64,000 bases of DNA from Halobacteriovoraceae bacterium. Its GTDB lineage: Bacteria > Bdellovibrionota > Bacteriovoracia > Bacteriovoracales > Bacteriovoracaceae. The notes beneath the pieces were generated by a model. That model worked only from the letters and a program-made list of their open reading frames with translations. It searched no databases and was not told where the DNA came from. The stretch spans positions 128,001 through 192,000 of the forward strand of contig CAVRCF010000001.1 in the NCBI GenBank assembly GCA_963719505.1. Reading direction: 5' to 3'. The position numbers were made by a program, and so were the translations under genes. Below, piece after piece: positions 59,341 to 64,000 of the stretch; the first letter of the stretch is position 1; every line of letters begins with the position of its first letter.

Positions 59341-60480
59341 TTAGAGACTTAGCTCCCTAAAAATATCATCCATAAGCGAATCTAAAACAATATATCCCTT
59401 TGAATTGAGAGTAACTCTTTGCTCATCTAATAATTTTACATATCCAGTTTTCGTCCACTTTTCACATAAAGTTTTCAATTTCTTTTTATTTTCATCATCG
59501 AAAAGGTTGAAATCCAAACCTAAGCAACTCCTAAGGCTCATATAAATTTTTTCTAGCAGAAATGACTCTTCATTAATCTCTTCAATTGACGCTCCAAGTC
59601 CAATAGATTTCCACTGATAGCGAATTCCTACTTTTCCTAAGTTAAGCAGACCAGATGCATTAGAGCCGAGACTGGCCACACTCTCAGATTCCCAGTAACG
59701 CAGATTGTGTTTAGACCTCTTACCTTCTTTTGCAAAATTCGAAACCTCGTACTGCTCAAATCCGCGACGATTTAAATTCTCACAGACGCGCTGGTATTCT
59801 TCAGCGATATAGTCTTCAGAGGGGAGATTCTTCTTCAGTAAATAATTTGCCCGCGCCTTCAAAATATAGACGCTAAAGTGCGAGGGCTCGTAAGGGACAA
59901 GCTTCTCTATCTCTTGCCCGATGTCTCGATTTTCCTTATCTGAAAACGGAAGGCCAAGCATTAAATCGATGGAAAAATTCAGCTTCCTACTGTTAAGAAA
60001 GTCCAGAAGAACCCTTGCCTCTTTCATCGTATGAGCACGATCTAAATAGTTTTTAAATTTTTCATCAAAAGACTGGATTCCAATGGAGAACCGATTGACA
60101 CCAATTTTTTGCCAATTCTCTATTTCGTCTTCTGTCCAAGTACCGGGGTCAATTTCAATAGTGAATTCACACTCATCGCTCAGACCAAATCTGTCGATAA
60201 TATGCTTTTGAATAAATCTAGCCCCCGAATGGGACCAAAGAGAAGGTGTTCCTCCACCAATATAAAGAGTCTCTAGACAGGTTAGTTTGCAATTGTGCGT
60301 CTTAAGTAATTGTTCATTTTCCTCAATTTGTTGCAAAAGCCTAGCTTCAAAAGCTGAGACCTGATCTTCATCTTCAAGTTTGAATTTATAGAAATCGCAA
60401 TAATTGCAAAGGTGCCGACAAAAGGGAAAATGGAGGTAAAGACTAGAAATATTCTTCAAATTGACCTTAATTTTTGTCAT
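59341..60480 (-). CDS. hemW: Radical SAM heme chaperone HemW (HemN-like)
   Basis: LYLHFPFCRHLCNYCDF, YIGGGTPS, YEVSNF, HNLRYW. Confidence 0.88.
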   Translation of the reverse strand: MTKIKVNLKNISSLYLHFPFCRHLCNYCDFYKFKLEDEDQVSAFEARLLQQIEENEQLLKTHNCKLTCLETLYIGGGTPSLWSHSGARFIQKHIIDRFGLSDECEFTIEIDPGTWTEDEIENWQKIGVNRFSIGIQSFDEKFKNYLDRAHTMKEARVLLDFLNSRKLNFSIDLMLGLPFSDKENRDIGQEIEKLVPYEPSHFSVYILKARANYLLKKNLPSEDYIAEEYQRVCENLNRRGFEQYEVSNFAKEGKRSKHNLRYWESESVASLGSNASGLLNLGKVGIRYQWKSIGLGASIEEINEESFLLEKIYMSLRSCLGLDFNLFDDENKKKLKTLCEKWTKTGYVKLLDEQRVTLNSKGYIVLDSLMDDIFRELSL

Positions 60481-60507
60481 ATAAACAAAAGATAAATACA
60501 ATAAAGC

Positions 60508-61272
60508 ATGATTAACAACAGAAACCTTCTGGTTATTACTACCTTAACTCTTTCCGAAATGAAAGGACGCTATCGCAATACTTGGGCGGGCTTTTTGTGG
60601 GTTATTATCAATCCCATTATGATGTTTTCTGTCCATGCTCTTGTCTTTAAGCATATTCTAAAACTTGATATCGATAGGTATTACGTTTTTCTTTTGGGTG
60701 GACTTCTCCCTTGGATTTTTGTCTCTTCAACTCTTACGATGACAAGTAATACTCTTATCACTTCGCGAGAGGTCCTTTTGTCCTTTCAAATAAGTCCCAT
60801 CGCGATAATGGGCTCAAAAGTCATTGATAACTTTATTAACTTTCTGGCTCCTTTTTTACTGCTCTTTGGAATCCTTTGTTTTCAAGAAGATTTTAACTGG
60901 ATTGGTCTCCTATCAGTACCTTTGTCGATGCTTTTTCTCTTCATCAGTACCTACGCCATCTCTATTTTCACGGCCATTCTTCAAGTCTACTTGAGAGACG
61001 TTCAATACATTTTAACCTTTGGACTAAGTCTTCTTTATTTTTTAACACCAATATTTTATCCTCGATCCATGGTCCCCGACAATATCGCCTGGATTGTCGA
61101 CATAAATCCAATCTACGCTATCGTGAGACCCTTTCAAGTAGCCCTCTATAACTTTGATTCTGAACTACTGGCCCAGGCTCTTTGGAACTCTTTTGGTGTA
61201 ACTGTCATTATGATCGTTGCGGCGATCACTTTTTGGAGGAGCAAAAGAAATGAACTCTACCTCTACATCTGA
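60508..61272 (+). CDS. wzm: ABC-2 permease, Wzm/RfbA type
   Basis: K.RY..T..G.LW..INP, RD.Q, FLTPIFYP, NP. Confidence 0.85.
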   Translation: MINNRNLLVITTLTLSEMKGRYRNTWAGFLWVIINPIMMFSVHALVFKHILKLDIDRYYVFLLGGLLPWIFVSSTLTMTSNTLITSREVLLSFQISPIAIMGSKVIDNFINFLAPFLLLFGILCFQEDFNWIGLLSVPLSMLFLFISTYAISIFTAILQVYLRDVQYILTFGLSLLYFLTPIFYPRSMVPDNIAWIVDINPIYAIVRPFQVALYNFDSELLAQALWNSFGVTVIMIVAAITFWRSKRNELYLYI

Positions 61273-62026
61273 TGTTATTTTAACAATTCAAAATCTTGAT
61301 ATCACTTATAAATCTTCTCTTTTCCATGGAAGAAGTTTAAGAGACACCTTTACAGAAGCACTCTCTAGTCCGTTAAAGTTTTTAATGAGAAGACCAAAAA
61401 ACTTGGAGCTTCTCAAGAATATCTCATTTGAGTTAAAAAAAGGCGACAGACTCGCTCTCATTGGTGTCAATGGTTGTGGAAAAACTTCTCTTTGTCGGGC
61501 TATAGCAGGTATGCATGGAACTCAAGATAAAATTAAAGTTAACGGAGAGGTCAGAGCTATTTTCAATACTAATGTTGTCATTCAGCCAGAACTTTCAGGC
61601 ATTGAAAATGCAAATATTCTTGTGAACCTTCTCCACACAAAATACTCCAAAAAGGAGAGACAAGAAATTGTAGATGAGTCTTTACAGTTTAGTGGTTTAG
61701 GAGAATTTAAGTATTCAGCCTTTAAGTATTATTCAAAAGGGATGAAAGCCAGACTCTTTCTCAGTATTGTCTCAGCCAAGCCTTGTGACTTATTAATTCT
61801 CGACGAAGTATTCGATGGTGCAGACGAATTTTTTAACGAAAAGATCTCAACACGAATAAAAAATACAATTGAAGATTCAAGTGCTGTTATTTTTATTAGT
61901 CACTCCTCACATTTAATCAAAGAAGTCTGCAACAGGGCCATTGTACTTGATCAAAATAAGATTTCATTTGATGGCTCTCCAGATGATGCAGTCGCGCTCT
62001 ACAAGAAACTCAATCGTGAAGATTAG
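61250..62026 (+). CDS. wzt: ABC transporter ATPase, Wzt/TagH type, without C-terminal carbohydrate-binding domain
   Basis: GVNGCGKT, ELSG.EN, YSKGMKARL, LILDE, SH. Confidence 0.85.
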   Translation: MNSTSTSDVILTIQNLDITYKSSLFHGRSLRDTFTEALSSPLKFLMRRPKNLELLKNISFELKKGDRLALIGVNGCGKTSLCRAIAGMHGTQDKIKVNGEVRAIFNTNVVIQPELSGIENANILVNLLHTKYSKKERQEIVDESLQFSGLGEFKYSAFKYYSKGMKARLFLSIVSAKPCDLLILDEVFDGADEFFNEKISTRIKNTIEDSSAVIFISHSSHLIKEVCNRAIVLDQNKISFDGSPDDAVALYKKLNRED

Positions 62027-62405
62027 CTTTGAGCAGTTTCTTGTAAGAAAAGCGAGATTAAAACCGAACACCAAAGTTAAAATTATAACCGGATCAATGG
62101 AGCCATTTATTCACGCTGGAGAGATTGTTGAATGCTCACCACAACCCTACTCAGAGCTTGAAATCGGCACTCCAATTATTTTTTGGAGTGAAGAGAAACT
62201 TATCTGTCATTTTTTGATGGAAAAATACACAAAAGAGAATAAAGAATTCTTTGTCACAAAAGGCTTAAACTCGCTTAAGGCCGATAAAGAAAATACGCCA
62301 GACTTTTATTTTGGTGTGGTTACCAATCCAAAAATATCTAAATTCAAAAGAAAGTTATTTAACTTTTTATCTCTTTTTTCAAAGAAAGACGAAATTGAGA
62401 AATAG
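62016..62405 (+). CDS. S26/S24-like peptidase (Ser-His type) without N-terminal TM
   Basis: TGSMEP.I..GE, IIF.....ICH, FVTKG; GTG start overlaps the wzt end. Confidence 0.65.
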   Translation: MKISFEQFLVRKARLKPNTKVKIITGSMEPFIHAGEIVECSPQPYSELEIGTPIIFWSEEKLICHFLMEKYTKENKEFFVTKGLNSLKADKENTPDFYFGVVTNPKISKFKRKLFNFLSLFSKKDEIEK

Positions 62406-63321
62406 CGAATTCATAAAAATCAATATTGTGCAAAGCCAACGGTATGCTTGAGAGTCTTAACTTTATAAGGTGTTCTAGTGTTGAATCATTTAAGTTCGAA
62501 ACTTCTCCGACCTTAATTTTATGATAAGGAGAAACATCTAAAGTTAATATTGGCTTTTTAATCAACTCTTTTGGCTTATTCACAAATTGAGCGCCTTTAG
62601 AGGCAAAGATGAAGTCTAGATAATCGCTATAAATAAGAAAGTGATCAGCATCTAAATTAAAAAAGCCATAATTTTGATCTACTTTACTCCAGTCCAAGGC
62701 TTTATACTCATTGTGTTCAACGACATCAAATCCGAAGTTTCTGTAGAGCGCTTTTTTATAATCGTTATAATAGCTTTGCTCATTAGTATGAAGACTTAGG
62801 AATCTATCTCTCCCATAGACATTTGAATGTATCTTAATATCTTTTGGGAAGCTATTTTCTAATTTTTCCTGCGCTGTTTGTAAGAGAAAATTTTCCTTCG
62901 TCGGAGTCCCTGTAAAAACACCTGTGGAATATTTTAAAACTGAATCATCATACTGAAACTCATACAATAAAGTGTTTTGTCCCCACCCTTTAGGTATAAG
63001 ATACTCAAATTTTGAAGGGATCAAGATCACAGTTTTAAAATTATCTATTGGCTTAGGATTTTTTAAGAAAAATTGTAAAAGTCCAAAGTATCCATCCCTT
63101 AAAGTAATCACTGGGTATGTCGCCATAGCTTGTATATTCAAATAGTCCACGACAAAAGAGGCGTTAAGTTCAGTATAATAGCGCTCAGTCGATGGGATAT
63201 GTCTCCAATAAATATCTCGAGAAGGCCCAGTAACCCCCTGCTCTTCCCATCGTTTAAGAACAAGGTCTGTTCTTTTTAGGGAATCTATCTGTTTATTGAG
63301 AATCTGAAGCATAGACATCAT
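62359..63321 (-). CDS. Hypothetical protein
   Basis: 320-aa ORF overlapping the glycosyltransferase 3' end. Confidence 0.65.
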   Translation of the reverse strand: MMSMLQILNKQIDSLKRTDLVLKRWEEQGVTGPSRDIYWRHIPSTERYYTELNASFVVDYLNIQAMATYPVITLRDGYFGLLQFFLKNPKPIDNFKTVILIPSKFEYLIPKGWGQNTLLYEFQYDDSVLKYSTGVFTGTPTKENFLLQTAQEKLENSFPKDIKIHSNVYGRDRFLSLHTNEQSYYNDYKKALYRNFGFDVVEHNEYKALDWSKVDQNYGFFNLDADHFLIYSDYLDFIFASKGAQFVNKPKELIKKPILTLDVSPYHKIKVGEVSNLNDSTLEHLIKLRLSSIPLALHNIDFYEFAISQFRLSLKKEIKS

Positions 63322-64000
63322 AAAGCTCCCTATAATTTGAGTTTAAAGTCTTCTCATCTTCATCGAAAAAGACTTTGATTCTTAACCCTTCTAAACGGGC
63401 CAATGTTGAAAAGAAATGATTAAAACCACTAAAGAGCTCAAGGTCTTTTCCAAGTTCTGTTTTAAGTAATTTCGCAACAGAAGTTACGCTGCAGTAATCA
63501 TTAAAGTTTTTTGCATCTTTGATTCTACTTTCAGGTTTAAAGCTATCTAGTTGTGAAAATGCTTTATCGACGCTCTCTTCTACAATTTCGGGCTCTCTGC
63601 GCCCTAAAAAAGTTTTAACAACCTTGGTCGTTTTATTAATTTGGAATGATTTAAAGCCAGCCCAATCTGAAAGTAATAAAGGAGATCCACAACACCCAGC
63701 TTCCGCGACGCTCATTCCATAGTCTTCATCGTGGTAGGTGCTTAAAGAAACAAAATAATCAGCACTATTATAATAGTCTACAAGATCTGTGTTCTTAACC
63801 ATTCCAATAAACTTAACTCTCTGTTTTGTATCGTCATGACACTTATCCAGTGTTTTCTTCCATTTTCTATAAAACTCCCCTTCAAACTCGTGGATCCCAC
63901 CAAAGGAGAATCCTATGGAGTCGAAAGCTCCAGCAAGAACGAGGTAAGTATTTTTATCAATCGATGAGTTTTTAAGTGCTCTTTCAAAACCCTCTACAAG
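63293..64000 (-). CDS. Glycosyltransferase family 4 (GT-B), 5' end outside the window
   Basis: Frame open to the window edge; LAG, F.G, YNSADYFVS.S...EDYGMSVAEA..CG.P. Confidence 0.85.
   Translation of the reverse strand, partial: LVEGFERALKNSSIDKNTYLVLAGAFDSIGFSFGGIHEFEGEFYRKWKKTLDKCHDDTKQRVKFIGMVKNTDLVDYYNSADYFVSLSTYHDEDYGMSVAEAGCCGSPLLLSDWAGFKSFQINKTTKVVKTFLGRREPEIVEESVDKAFSQLDSFKPESRIKDAKNFNDYCSVTSVAKLLKTELGKDLELFSGFNHFFSTLARLEGLRIKVFFDEDEKTLNSNYRELYDVYASDSQ

Overview
AT-rich, gene-dense bacterial chromosome segment. Gene content (RomR, TadC with FHA proteins, PilZ, LpoA-like protein, sigma28-like promoters) points to a predatory Bdellovibrionota, probably Bacteriovoracales/Halobacteriovorax-like; this assignment is an inference. 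Core genes: dbpA, truA, aroA/aroB, rnpB, mutY, lolA, smc, tRNA-Pro, rdgB, rph, birA, nagZ, mreB, hpt, dnaJ-dnaK-grpE-hemW. No integrase, IS, prophage or CRISPR array was seen. Main points of interest: (i) a co-oriented mreB-PilZ-nagZ-tadC-DUF192-3xFHA-PP2C-romR block resembling Kil/Tad predation machinery tied to phospho-Thr signalling and polarity; (ii) a compact XRE/pentapeptide regulatory module with an operator spanning back-to-back sigma28-like and sigma70-like promoters, an ssrA-like degron and a downstream GGA-hairpin (CsrA-type) RNA; (iii) ceramidase-like and sphingosine-1-phosphate-lyase-like genes; (iv) a DnaJ missing one zinc centre and an RNase P RNA lacking P13/P14. rdgB, rph and dnaK carry clustered frameshifts that are most likely sequencing artefacts.
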